A DNA stretch of 64,000 nt, taken from positions 1,323-65,322 of the forward strand of contig CAZBKZ010000002.1 in the NCBI GenBank assembly GCA_964492615.1, written 5' to 3'. This document shows positions 20,781-29,666 of the stretch, one piece after another (within the stretch, counting starts at the first letter, position 1; every line of letters starts with the position of its first letter). Made by a program: the position numbers and the translations under genes. Under the pieces are notes generated by a model. That model was not told the DNA's origin, searched no databases, and saw only the letters and a program-made list of their open reading frames with translations. The stretch is from an uncultured Syntrophomonadaceae bacterium (lineage in GTDB: Bacteria > Bacillota > Dethiobacteria > DTU022).

Positions 20781-21569
20781 ATGACAAAATCAATGTTAAT
20801 AGACATTTCCAAGTGTATGGGTTGTCGCGGCTGCCAGGTAGCCTGCAAGCAGTGGAACCAACTGCCAGCTGAAAATACCCGTAATACAGGGACTTATGAA
20901 AACCCACCTCGTTTTTCTGCTCATACATGGACTAAAATTGGTTTCCAGGAATATACAACTGAAGAAGGAATGGACACCTGGATTTTTACCAAACTGGGAT
21001 GTATGCATTGCAGTGATGCAGCTTGCATAAAAGCCTGCCCGGCAGGTGCAATAAGTCATACTGAATTTGGCACGGTTAGAATTGATGAAAAGAGGTGTAT
21101 CGGGTGTAACTACTGCATAGCCAACTGTACATTTAATGTAGTTGGATTTGATCAGGCAGCAAATCTGGCTAAAAAATGCACCTTTTGTTATGATCGAATC
21201 TCTGCCGGTGAAATACCGGCCTGTGCCAAGACTTGTCCAACCGGGGCAATCATGTACGGTGATCGTAGTGATATGATCAGTTTAGCACAGGAGCGTTTAG
21301 CTGAACTGAAAAGAGGTGCTTTCCCCCGGGCTGAAATTTATGGGCTTAAAGAACTGGACGGTTTGGGCATGATGTACATTTTGCCTGAAGGTAAAAGTAG
21401 TGCAATGGCAAAATATGCTCTTCCGGAGAACCCGAGAGTGCCGCTTTCAACTGAAGTTTGGAATTACATCTTCAAACCTGTTCGGATCATCCTGGTTGCT
21501 GCACTTGGTTTTGCTTTATGGATTAACCGGAGTGAATCGAAAAAGGAACAAACAGAAAAGAGCGCTTAG
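20781..21569 (+). CDS. fdhB: Formate dehydrogenase iron-sulfur (beta) subunit with four [4Fe-4S] clusters and a C-terminal membrane anchor.
   Basis: Four ferredoxin-like Cys clusters. The C-terminal hydrophobic helix is IILVAALGFALWI. GGGGGGG RBS. Confidence 0.85.
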   Translation: MTKSMLIDISKCMGCRGCQVACKQWNQLPAENTRNTGTYENPPRFSAHTWTKIGFQEYTTEEGMDTWIFTKLGCMHCSDAACIKACPAGAISHTEFGTVRIDEKRCIGCNYCIANCTFNVVGFDQAANLAKKCTFCYDRISAGEIPACAKTCPTGAIMYGDRSDMISLAQERLAELKRGAFPRAEIYGLKELDGLGMMYILPEGKSSAMAKYALPENPRVPLSTEVWNYIFKPVRIILVAALGFALWINRSESKKEQTEKSA

Positions 21570-21719
21570 AAAACCTTAGTGTGGGCAATAGCCCCGGGGT
21601 TTTGTTCAATAATATGTTATGCAACTAATATTTTCTGTTTATGAAGAAATATTAGTTGATCGGTTGCTGCACCGTTCAACTTTTATTTGATTAACTGCAT
21701 CAGTTAATCCATCTCAATT

Positions 21720-21746
21720 GGCGGGGTGATAACCCCGCCCCTTTTT
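21720..21746 (+). terminator. Rho-independent terminator ending the fdh operon.
   Basis: GGCGGGG-TGATAA-CCCCGCC followed by CTTTTT. Confidence 0.75.
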
Positions 21747-21779
21747 AAAAATATCGTTCGGCAAAAATGAGGGATAACT

Positions 21780-23018
21780 TTGATACCTTATGAAAAAGCT
21801 AAAGAATTATTAATGAACAGCAGAGTAATTGAAAATCATAGAAATGCAGTAGAATCGCTACATCTTTGGGAAGCAGGAGGAAGGATCCTTGCCGAGGACA
21901 TAATCGCGGGTGAAGATGTTCCTCCCTTCGACCGTTCGCCGGTTGACGGTTATGCTGTTATTGCTTCTGATACGGTTGCCGCTGCTGAAGAAGATCCTGT
22001 TATTCTTGAAGTAACTGGCTCAATTGCAGCAGGCACAACTTCCGAATACAGACTCAGCCCAGGGACGGCAATAAAAATATTTACCGGTGCGCCTTTGCCA
22101 GAGTATGCAAACTGTATAGTTAAGACAGAAGATGTTTTTGAAAGTTTTTTTGTTGATGAAAAGGAGTTTATCAAGCTAACGCACCCTGTTGCCAGTGGAG
22201 AGGTAATTGCTTTTAAAGGGGAGGATATTCAATGCGGAGAGACCATGCTTTTAAAAGGGTCAATAATTAATCCTGCCTGTATAGGAATACTGGCGACTTT
22301 AGGTGTAAGCACGGTTCCTGTTTTTAAAAAACCTTTGATAGGAATCTTTTCTACGGGAGATGAGCTTGTCAACGTAGAAAACCAGTTAAAACATGGTCAA
22401 TTAAGAGCATCAAATATATATACTCTTTCAGAAATTATAAGGTTATCAGGTTGCGAACCAGTCAACCTGGGCGTAATTAAAGATTCAATTGATGATATAT
22501 TAAGTGTATATTGCACTGCGCTAAAACTCGATCTGCCTGTAATAATTTCAACAGGAGGGACAGCTTCGGGTGATAAGGATTTGATCAAAGAAGCAATGAT
22601 TAAACTAGGCTCATCCCGATTATTTAATAAAGTAGCCATCAGGCCTGGAGCTCCGGTTGTTGCCTCTGAAATGGAAGAGCGATTATTGATAGGGCTTTCT
22701 GGAAATCCCTCAGGTTCGACTGTGGGAGCATTGACCCTGTTGATGCCGTTTATTTCTAAGATGGCTGGTAGGATTAAAGAATTGGATCGAGTCAGGGCAA
22801 TATTAAAAGGCTCAATATTTAGGCATGGTGGTTTACGGGCATTTCTTTGGGGTAACTGTTGTTACGACAAGGATATCTATCAGGTGGAAGCTAATAATAA
22901 CCAGTTCTGTGGAGCTGTAAGAAGCTTTGCTTCCAGTAATTGCCTGATAGATGTGCCGGCCGGAAAGGTTAACCTTTCTACTGGCGATTCGGTTGAAATA
23001 TTAAGGTTTTCTGTGTAG
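21780..23018 (+). CDS. moeA: Molybdopterin molybdenumtransferase MoeA (paralog 1).
   Basis: PPFDRSPVDGYAV motif and MoeA domain order. TTG start with a GAGGGA RBS. Confidence 0.85.
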   Translation: MIPYEKAKELLMNSRVIENHRNAVESLHLWEAGGRILAEDIIAGEDVPPFDRSPVDGYAVIASDTVAAAEEDPVILEVTGSIAAGTTSEYRLSPGTAIKIFTGAPLPEYANCIVKTEDVFESFFVDEKEFIKLTHPVASGEVIAFKGEDIQCGETMLLKGSIINPACIGILATLGVSTVPVFKKPLIGIFSTGDELVNVENQLKHGQLRASNIYTLSEIIRLSGCEPVNLGVIKDSIDDILSVYCTALKLDLPVIISTGGTASGDKDLIKEAMIKLGSSRLFNKVAIRPGAPVVASEMEERLLIGLSGNPSGSTVGALTLLMPFISKMAGRIKELDRVRAILKGSIFRHGGLRAFLWGNCCYDKDIYQVEANNNQFCGAVRSFASSNCLIDVPAGKVNLSTGDSVEILRFSV

Positions 23019-23129
23019 AGCTTAATTCAATTTGAAATAACTCAAACAGTAATTTTTCTAATCAAAACCCTGAAGAAATAATGCTAATCCTCAGAGAACA
23101 AAGGGTTAGCATTAGTAGCAGTATTTGCG

Positions 23130-23507
23130 TTACTTAATCGGTATATCATTAAAATGCTTCTCGTATAGTTGGTCTACGGCATTAATAGATTCTTCCTTAA
23201 AAGCTATGTATGCTCTCACCAGTTTTCTTGCGGTATCTGTTAGCTCTGAACCACTTTGCGATCCTCCGATATGTTTATCAATTAATTTAAATCCCAAGGT
23301 TTTTTCAGTAGCAGTTATTTTCCCCCATGCTGCCCGGTAAGACATGCCAAGTTTTGCAGCAGCCTTATTAATCGATCCGCATTCTTCGATTGCCTGAAAT
23401 AAGGCCAGTCGTCCTCCTCCGAAAATAACCTGTTTGTTGTATTCAATCCAGATTTTACACCTGGGCTGCAGCGATAGCTTTTTAACTATTTTCTTTTTAT
23501 CTTCCAA
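23130..23507 (-). CDS. Second ModE N-terminal-like winged-HTH regulator with no Mop domains.
   Basis: GSINKAAAKLGMSYRAAWGKITATEKTLGFKLI is homologous to the HTH in 3773..4129. Confidence 0.7.
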   Translation of the reverse strand: MEDKKKIVKKLSLQPRCKIWIEYNKQVIFGGGRLALFQAIEECGSINKAAAKLGMSYRAAWGKITATEKTLGFKLIDKHIGGSQSGSELTDTARKLVRAYIAFKEESINAVDQLYEKHFNDIPIK

Positions 23508-23662
23508 ACCAATCCACCTCCGGTATAGTAATTCTCTAATAATAGTTTATATCCTTCTCCGTCATATCTACTGTTTTAGATAAGTTTAGGGCTTGGTAAT
23601 TACTTAATAATATGGAATAATTAAAATCATGTTAATAAGCGTTAATTAAGGAGGGTACACTA

Positions 23663-23824
23663 TTGAGAACACCTGTACTGACGAGGAAAGGTTTACGACA
23701 AAAGAAAAGAATAGTAAAAACTAATAGTTCTGGCAGTAATGCAGGTTCTTGCCGGGGGGTTAAATACCCTTGTACTTATCGTTGCAAGAAATGTATATTT
23801 GATACAATGTATTGTGGTAAGTGA
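23663..23824 (+). CDS. Unannotated 53-aa cysteine-rich mini-protein (five Cys in the C-terminal 25 aa).
   Basis: Consensus RBS AAGGAGGG, then 7 nt, then TTG. Sequence MRTPVLTRKGLRQKKRIVKTNSSGSNAGSCRGVKYPCTYRCKKCIFDTMYCGK. It is below the ORF-track size cutoff. Confidence 0.4.
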   Translation: MRTPVLTRKGLRQKKRIVKTNSSGSNAGSCRGVKYPCTYRCKKCIFDTMYCGK

Positions 23825-23857
23825 GGAGGGAAAATTTTTAAGGTCATTATGTCTATC

Positions 23858-23886
23858 TTGACATAATGTAAATTTTTCATTATAAT
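23858..23886 (+). promoter_or_regulatory. Perfect consensus sigma-A promoter TTGACA-N17-TATAAT upstream of moeA paralog 2.
   Basis: Exact consensus hexamers with a 17-nt spacer, about 80 nt upstream of the moeA2 start. Confidence 0.6.
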
Positions 23887-23968
23887 TTATTGACCCTTTA
23901 ATTATTTTACTATAATTAAGAAAATTAACAATATAATATTATATTCATGATTAATAATACAATAATAA

Positions 23969-25270
23969 ATGCCGGAGGTGTTATCACTGGAAGAGAATAT
24001 TTTGAATCCGCAAGTTACCTCTGAAAACCTGGTATCTACAGTTTTCCCGGAAAAAGTTGAATCACCCATAAGTCTTGAGTTTGCCCAGGAACTGCTTATA
24101 CAGCATACAAAAGCTATAGGTTTTGAAAGTATCAGTATTAGTTCAGCCTTAAACCGGGTTCTTCATGAAGACATTATCGCACCTTTAAATATTCCACCGT
24201 TTAACCGATCTCCACTGGATGGTTTTGTCCTTCGGGCAGCGGACATCGCAAAGGCTTCGCCTGCCAACCCGGTCTACATTGAGGTTAACCAGAACATTCC
24301 GGCCGGCAGCCCCAGTCAGAAGGAGGTTGGGGAAAACCAGGCAGCCAGGATCATGACGGGAGCCCCGATACCTTCCGGAGCAGATGTGATAATAAAGATT
24401 GAAGATGTTAATTATTCAGGTAATCATGTGGAGGTTACAAAGGCATTATCGCCATTTGAAAATGTTTGTTTTGCCGGAGAGGATATTGAGCAGGGCGAAG
24501 CAGTTCTTTGCGGGGGAGAGTATATTTGTCCGGCAGGAATTGGAATCCTTGCAGCGTTGGGCATTGACGTTGTAGATGTAAATAGCATACCCCGGGTGGC
24601 GATTATCGGTACCGGTGATGAGTTGATTTCTGTTCAAGATGAATTAAGGCCGGGTAAAATTTATGACAGTAATACGTTTTCCCTTGCTTCATATGTTCAA
24701 CAAATAGGTGCTTGCCCGGTGTTTGCCGGTACTGTTACAGATGATACAGAATTAATAGCTGTTAAAATACTGGAAAACCTTAAACAAGCGGATATGGTTA
24801 TAACTACCGGTGGGGTTTCAGTCGGTGATAGTGATCTGGTTTGTAATGCTCTCCGCTCAATTGGCGCTAGTATATTGTTTCATCGTATTGATATGCGTCC
24901 CGGAACTCCTGCCTTGGGAGCTGAGAAAGATGGCAAGTTGATAATTTGCCTTTCCGGAAATAAGGCGGCAGCCTTTGTTACTTTTCAGCTATTGGCACGT
25001 CCGGCCATAGCATCTCTGATGGGGATAAAAGCTTGCTGCCCTCCTGTGGTAACAGCTGTGTTGGGCGAGCATTATCGTAAAACAAGTGGGCAGCGTAATC
25101 TGTTACGGGGACAGTTGTCCTTTGATGATTGTATGTTGAAGGTTAATATTGCCGGGAAACAAAATCCTGGGATAATCAGATCAACCTTGAACTGCAATGC
25201 TTTAATTGATGTCCCTGCAAATTTCGGACCTTTGAATGCTGGTACGCGGGTTAGTATATTTTTATTGTAG
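23969..25270 (+). CDS. moeA: Molybdopterin molybdenumtransferase MoeA (paralog 2).
   Basis: PPFNRSPLDGFVLRAADI motif. MoeA domain order. Confidence 0.85.
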   Translation: MPEVLSLEENILNPQVTSENLVSTVFPEKVESPISLEFAQELLIQHTKAIGFESISISSALNRVLHEDIIAPLNIPPFNRSPLDGFVLRAADIAKASPANPVYIEVNQNIPAGSPSQKEVGENQAARIMTGAPIPSGADVIIKIEDVNYSGNHVEVTKALSPFENVCFAGEDIEQGEAVLCGGEYICPAGIGILAALGIDVVDVNSIPRVAIIGTGDELISVQDELRPGKIYDSNTFSLASYVQQIGACPVFAGTVTDDTELIAVKILENLKQADMVITTGGVSVGDSDLVCNALRSIGASILFHRIDMRPGTPALGAEKDGKLIICLSGNKAAAFVTFQLLARPAIASLMGIKACCPPVVTAVLGEHYRKTSGQRNLLRGQLSFDDCMLKVNIAGKQNPGIIRSTLNCNALIDVPANFGPLNAGTRVSIFLL

Positions 25271-25438
25271 TAATTATGCCTTGTTTGGAATAGGTTATTC
25301 GACGAGCTTGATTACTTTCAACTAAGCAGCACTCCGGCAGTTACTTTACGCTAACAATAATGCATTAGTATTGTTTTTTATTTTTTTATTTTCAGAGGTA
25401 TTGTGCGGTTGGCCGGGGTAAAATGAATTGCCTGATGT

Positions 25439-25882
25439 TCATAAAGTAGCGGGTGATTCATTCACTTCGAGCCAGTAACTGGCAAGCATTTTTAACACTT
25501 CAGCTGAACGGTTGAAATCGATCGGCTTGCGGACATAGCTGTTTGCGCCCAGTCTGTAACATTCCAGCAAATCTCTTTCTTCCACGGAGGAGGTCAACAC
25601 AACCACCGGAATGAGACTGGTTGCTTCATTGCTGCGAATTTCTTTCAGGACTTCTGTGCCGTCCATTCGCGGTAGTTTTAAATCGAGGAGAATCAGCCCT
25701 ATCTCAGGATTCAGGGGATCCCTGACGAGGTGCTGATCTTTTTTGAAAAGAAAATTAATTGCTTCCACACCATCGTTAGCCACTTCGATAGGGTTGTTGA
25801 TCTGGTTTTTCCTAAAAGCACGGATGGTTAATTCCACATCATCAGGGTTATCTTCAACCAGTAAAATTGCCCTTTTATTCAA
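25439..25882 (-). CDS. Stand-alone CheY-like response-regulator receiver domain.
   Basis: Phospho-acceptor region LILLDLKLPRMDG. TTG start with a GGGGAGAGG RBS. Confidence 0.8.
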   Translation of the reverse strand: MNKRAILLVEDNPDDVELTIRAFRKNQINNPIEVANDGVEAINFLFKKDQHLVRDPLNPEIGLILLDLKLPRMDGTEVLKEIRSNEATSLIPVVVLTSSVEERDLLECYRLGANSYVRKPIDFNRSAEVLKMLASYWLEVNESPATL

Positions 25883-26123
25883 GGTGTAAACCTCTCCCCG
25901 GCCATAGTAATTTCAATAATTGTTAACTTCCCTATATAAGTTTAAAATCCTCTAATACGGGTAAAAAAATTTAAATAAATCAGATTATGGAGGATGAGCG
26001 CAAATCCTGAAGAATATATATACTGAAATATTGTTACTTCCACGGTATTTTCCGATCATCAGTGTAATAAATTTAACTATTTGAATGTTAGGTAAAAGAT
26101 CAGGTGGAAAGGGAATTGTGCCC

Positions 26124-28319
26124 ATGATTGGTCTTCTGAAAAGGTTCAGGAAGAGTAACTGGCACCTCAAACTACTGTTAATTCTTTTCCCTGTTCTTTT
26201 CCTGTTTGTGTTCGTCTACAGGTTTTTAATAATCCCGACCTTCGAAGAAGATATCTACAGTGAAAAAATGCTGCAGACTGCCGAAATGGTCAACATCGGC
26301 CTCTCCATACTGGATCATTTTTACCAGCTGGAACAGCAGGGAGTTTTAAGCCGGTCAGAAGCCCAGAAGGAAGCAGCTGAACTGATTCGCGGTATTAATT
26401 ACGGTGAAGAAAAACTCGATTATTTCTGGATAAACACATATGATAATCTGATGATTGTGCACCCGTTTAGGAAAGATTTTGAGGGGCGGGTGCTCTCTGA
26501 TTCTGATGATCCTGACGATATTTATACCTATGAGCTTTTCCAGCGGTTTATTGCTCTCTGCCGGGAGCAGGGTGCCGGGCATATTACTTATTACTGGCAG
26601 TATTACGACGAGCAGGATCGCTTGGAAGAAAAGCTTTCATACGTTGCCTCCTTTGAACCCTGGGATTGGATTATCGGGACAGGAGTATACCTTGTTGATC
26701 TGGAAATGCTGATCAGTCAGAGGAGTAATATCGCTTCATTATTCATTTTGCTGCTTGGGGTGGCGGTTATAGCCACATTATATTATTACTCGAAAAGTAG
26801 GGTTACTGAAAAAGAATTGCTTGAAAGCGAAGAAAAATACAGGATAATAGCAGAAAACACTGCTGATACAATTACTATTCTTGATCTGGATCTGAAATAC
26901 GTTTATATCAGCCCTTCAATATATAAGCTGCAGGGTTATACAGTAGAAGAGGCAATGAACCGCAACCTTGAGCAAACCCTCACTCCGGATTCACTGCAGA
27001 TTGCCCTCAATACTTTTCTTGAAGAAATGAGTCAAATAAATGAGGACCCTGCTAAACCGGACAAAACAGTACAGCTTGTGCTTGAGGAATATAAAAAAGA
27101 TGGTTCCACAATCTGGGTGGACAATTCGTTGTCGCTGCTCAGGAATGAACAAGGCCAACCTATAGCTATTTTGTCGGTTGCCAGAGATATAACTGAAAGA
27201 AAGAAACAGGAAGAATCTTTGCGCAGAGAACAAAATGAAAAATCGCTTATCCTCGATAACCTGGCAGAAAGGGTCACCTATCTTGATTGTGATATGAGGA
27301 TAGTATGGGCAAACCAGGCGGTTATGCTGCAGGAAGGTAAAAGCCTGGATTCATATATAGGAGAAAAGTGTTACAAAGTATGGCACGGCTACGATGAACC
27401 CTGCAGCGGTTGCCCGATAGTAAAAGCTTTGCAAACCGGCGAAGTGTCTGAAGGTGTGGTTGTTTATCCGGATGATCGATTCTGGAAAATGACCGGTTCG
27501 CCAGTCTATGACAAATCGGGCAGGATTACCGGCGTCCTTGATACAGCGCTGGAGATCAGTGACCTCAAAAAAGCGGAAAGAGAGCTTAAAAACTTGAATG
27601 AAGAGCTTGAAGCCCGAGTTCGCGAAAGAACGGAAGAGCTGATCCGGGCTAACAAGGAGCTGGCGGCTTTTACTTATTCAGTCTCACATGATTTACGTTC
27701 TCCATTGAGAGGAATTAGCGGTTTTACAGAGGCTGTTCTCGAAGATTACGGAGAGAGGCTTAACCGGCAGGGCCGTGATTATCTTGAACGTGTTTTAAAG
27801 GCAACTGCCCGCATGAACGAACTGATCGATGATCTTTTAAAACTTTCAAGGGTAACCAGGCAGGAAATTCATAACAATAAGGTTGATTTAAGCGCAATGG
27901 TTGTTGCTTATAGTACTTATTTGCAAGAGGAGGAGCCGGATCGCAAGGTGGAATTCAGGATACAGCCCGGCTGCACTGTTACCGGCGATGCTGCCCTGCT
28001 GCGCATTGCCCTGGAAAATCTGATTAACAATGCCTGGAAGTACACGGGAAAAATGGAACAGCCCCAGATCGAGTTTGGTCAGTACGAGGAAAACGGTAAA
28101 AATATATGTTATGTGAAAGACAACGGTGTGGGTTTTAACATGGCCTATAGAGAAAAAATATTTAATGCATTTCATCGACTGCATACTCCTGCAGAATATC
28201 CCGGCACCGGAGTTGGGTTAAGTATAGTCCAGCGTATTGTTGAACGTCATGGGGGAGAGATCTGGGCTGTTTCTGAAGAAGGAAAAGGCGCTGTTTTTTA
28301 TTTTTCAATACCTTCCTGA
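26124..28319 (+). CDS. Sensor histidine kinase with an extracytoplasmic Cache-like domain, a TM helix, PAS domains, and HisKA plus HATPase.
   Basis: H-box SHDLRSPL. N, G1 and G2 boxes are present (NAWKY, DNGVG, GTGVGL). An alternative upstream ATG at 26085 has no RBS. Confidence 0.8.
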   Translation: MIGLLKRFRKSNWHLKLLLILFPVLFLFVFVYRFLIIPTFEEDIYSEKMLQTAEMVNIGLSILDHFYQLEQQGVLSRSEAQKEAAELIRGINYGEEKLDYFWINTYDNLMIVHPFRKDFEGRVLSDSDDPDDIYTYELFQRFIALCREQGAGHITYYWQYYDEQDRLEEKLSYVASFEPWDWIIGTGVYLVDLEMLISQRSNIASLFILLLGVAVIATLYYYSKSRVTEKELLESEEKYRIIAENTADTITILDLDLKYVYISPSIYKLQGYTVEEAMNRNLEQTLTPDSLQIALNTFLEEMSQINEDPAKPDKTVQLVLEEYKKDGSTIWVDNSLSLLRNEQGQPIAILSVARDITERKKQEESLRREQNEKSLILDNLAERVTYLDCDMRIVWANQAVMLQEGKSLDSYIGEKCYKVWHGYDEPCSGCPIVKALQTGEVSEGVVVYPDDRFWKMTGSPVYDKSGRITGVLDTALEISDLKKAERELKNLNEELEARVRERTEELIRANKELAAFTYSVSHDLRSPLRGISGFTEAVLEDYGERLNRQGRDYLERVLKATARMNELIDDLLKLSRVTRQEIHNNKVDLSAMVVAYSTYLQEEEPDRKVEFRIQPGCTVTGDAALLRIALENLINNAWKYTGKMEQPQIEFGQYEENGKNICYVKDNGVGFNMAYREKIFNAFHRLHTPAEYPGTGVGLSIVQRIVERHGGEIWAVSEEGKGAVFYFSIPS

Positions 28320-28391
28320 TTATTATGGTTCCACTACATCCGGTGGTATGGTAAAATTTGCTTATGCCTGATTACAGGGAGGAGCGCATTA

Positions 28392-29414
28392 ATGATAGAT
28401 TTACGCAGTGATACGGTAACCAAGCCTACTGAAGCCATGCGCCATGCAATGGCTATAGCAGAAGTGGGAGATGATGTTTATGGTGAAGACCCCTCGATAA
28501 ACCGCCTCCAGGAGTTGGCTGCAGAAATGATGGGCAAGGAAGCGGCGCTTTTTGTTCCCAGTGGAACGATGGGAAACCAGCTGGCGGTTTTGGCCCATAC
28601 CCGTCCCGGTACAGAAATAATTCTCGAGGCAGATTCGCATATATATTATTATGAAGCGGCGGCAGCCTCGGTTTTTGCAGGAGTTCAGCCTCGCCCGCTG
28701 CCGGGTGAGAGGGGCGTTCTGTCAGCCGATCTTGTTGAGTGGGCCATACGTCAGGACGATATTCACCTGCCGCCAACGTCTTTAATATGTATGGAAAACA
28801 CCCATAACCGGGCCGGGGGTACAGTGGTGCCCCTGGAAGATATGCGGGCAGTATATCAGGTTGCCCGGCGGCACCAGATTCCGGTGCACCTTGACGGAGC
28901 AAGAATTTTTAACGCATCAATTGCTTCAGGGATAGCAGTGAAAGAATTAACTGCCTGTACTACATCGGTGCAATTCTGCCTGTCGAAAGGCCTGGGAGCC
29001 CCTGTTGGCTCACTTTTGGCCGGGCCGGAAGAGTTTATAGAAAAAGCCAGAAGATGGCGCAAAAGAATGGGTGGCGGCATGCGTCAGGCAGGAATAGTTG
29101 CCGCAGCAGGGATCGTAGCCCTTGAAACGATGGTTGACCGTTTGTCCGAAGACCATGAAAATGCCCGCATTCTTGCTGATGGCTTGGCCGGAATGGAGGG
29201 TATCGATTTTAACCCGAATGATGTTGATACGAATATAGTTATAGTTAAGCCGACAAAAATGTCAATAAGGCAGCTGGGAGATGAACTGGAGAAAAGAGGC
29301 ATCCTTACTGTTGTTATTGAACCTGATCGAATCCGCTTTACTACCAGCCTGGAGGTTAACAGGACGGATATTGAAAAAACCATTGCAGCTGTTCAGGAGA
29401 TTCTCAAAACCTGA
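28392..29414 (+). CDS. ltaE: Low-specificity L-threonine aldolase.
   Basis: N-terminal DLRSDTVTKPT and the fold-type-I PLP enzyme pattern. Confidence 0.8.
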   Translation: MIDLRSDTVTKPTEAMRHAMAIAEVGDDVYGEDPSINRLQELAAEMMGKEAALFVPSGTMGNQLAVLAHTRPGTEIILEADSHIYYYEAAAASVFAGVQPRPLPGERGVLSADLVEWAIRQDDIHLPPTSLICMENTHNRAGGTVVPLEDMRAVYQVARRHQIPVHLDGARIFNASIASGIAVKELTACTTSVQFCLSKGLGAPVGSLLAGPEEFIEKARRWRKRMGGGMRQAGIVAAAGIVALETMVDRLSEDHENARILADGLAGMEGIDFNPNDVDTNIVIVKPTKMSIRQLGDELEKRGILTVVIEPDRIRFTTSLEVNRTDIEKTIAAVQEILKT

Positions 29415-29666
29415 GAATAGGGTTAATACTTTATTCTTATATTTAAGATTCTTTAATGCTATTTTGCAAAGTTGAGAACCGCTTTTGGAAACACTCTGTT
29501 TTATAGACCTGTTTTAGCTTGTAATAATAACTTTTTGCGGGGTTCTGAAGAATTTACCTGTTGGCATATTAATTGCTCTTATTTCGCTATGGAGGAATAG
29601 TAATTTCTTTTCGTGAAAGGGTTTTTATGCGTTATTATTATAAACTGAGAGGAGCAGTTGAGTATT

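Noticed and set aside
23663-23824. Assignment of the Cys-rich mini-ORF to the SCIFF (six-Cys-in-forty-five) RiPP family.
   Set aside because: Cys spacing and N-terminal leader do not match my recollection of SCIFF. No radical-SAM maturase is nearby. It is kept only as a generic Cys-rich mini-ORF.
29415-29666. Possible T-box or riboswitch leader upstream of the class-III aminotransferase (long-range complementarity AGAACCGC...GCGGGGTTCT).
   Set aside because: No T-box consensus (AGGGTGGNACCGCG) or other recognisable riboswitch core. The pairing is imperfect with a loop of about 60 nt.
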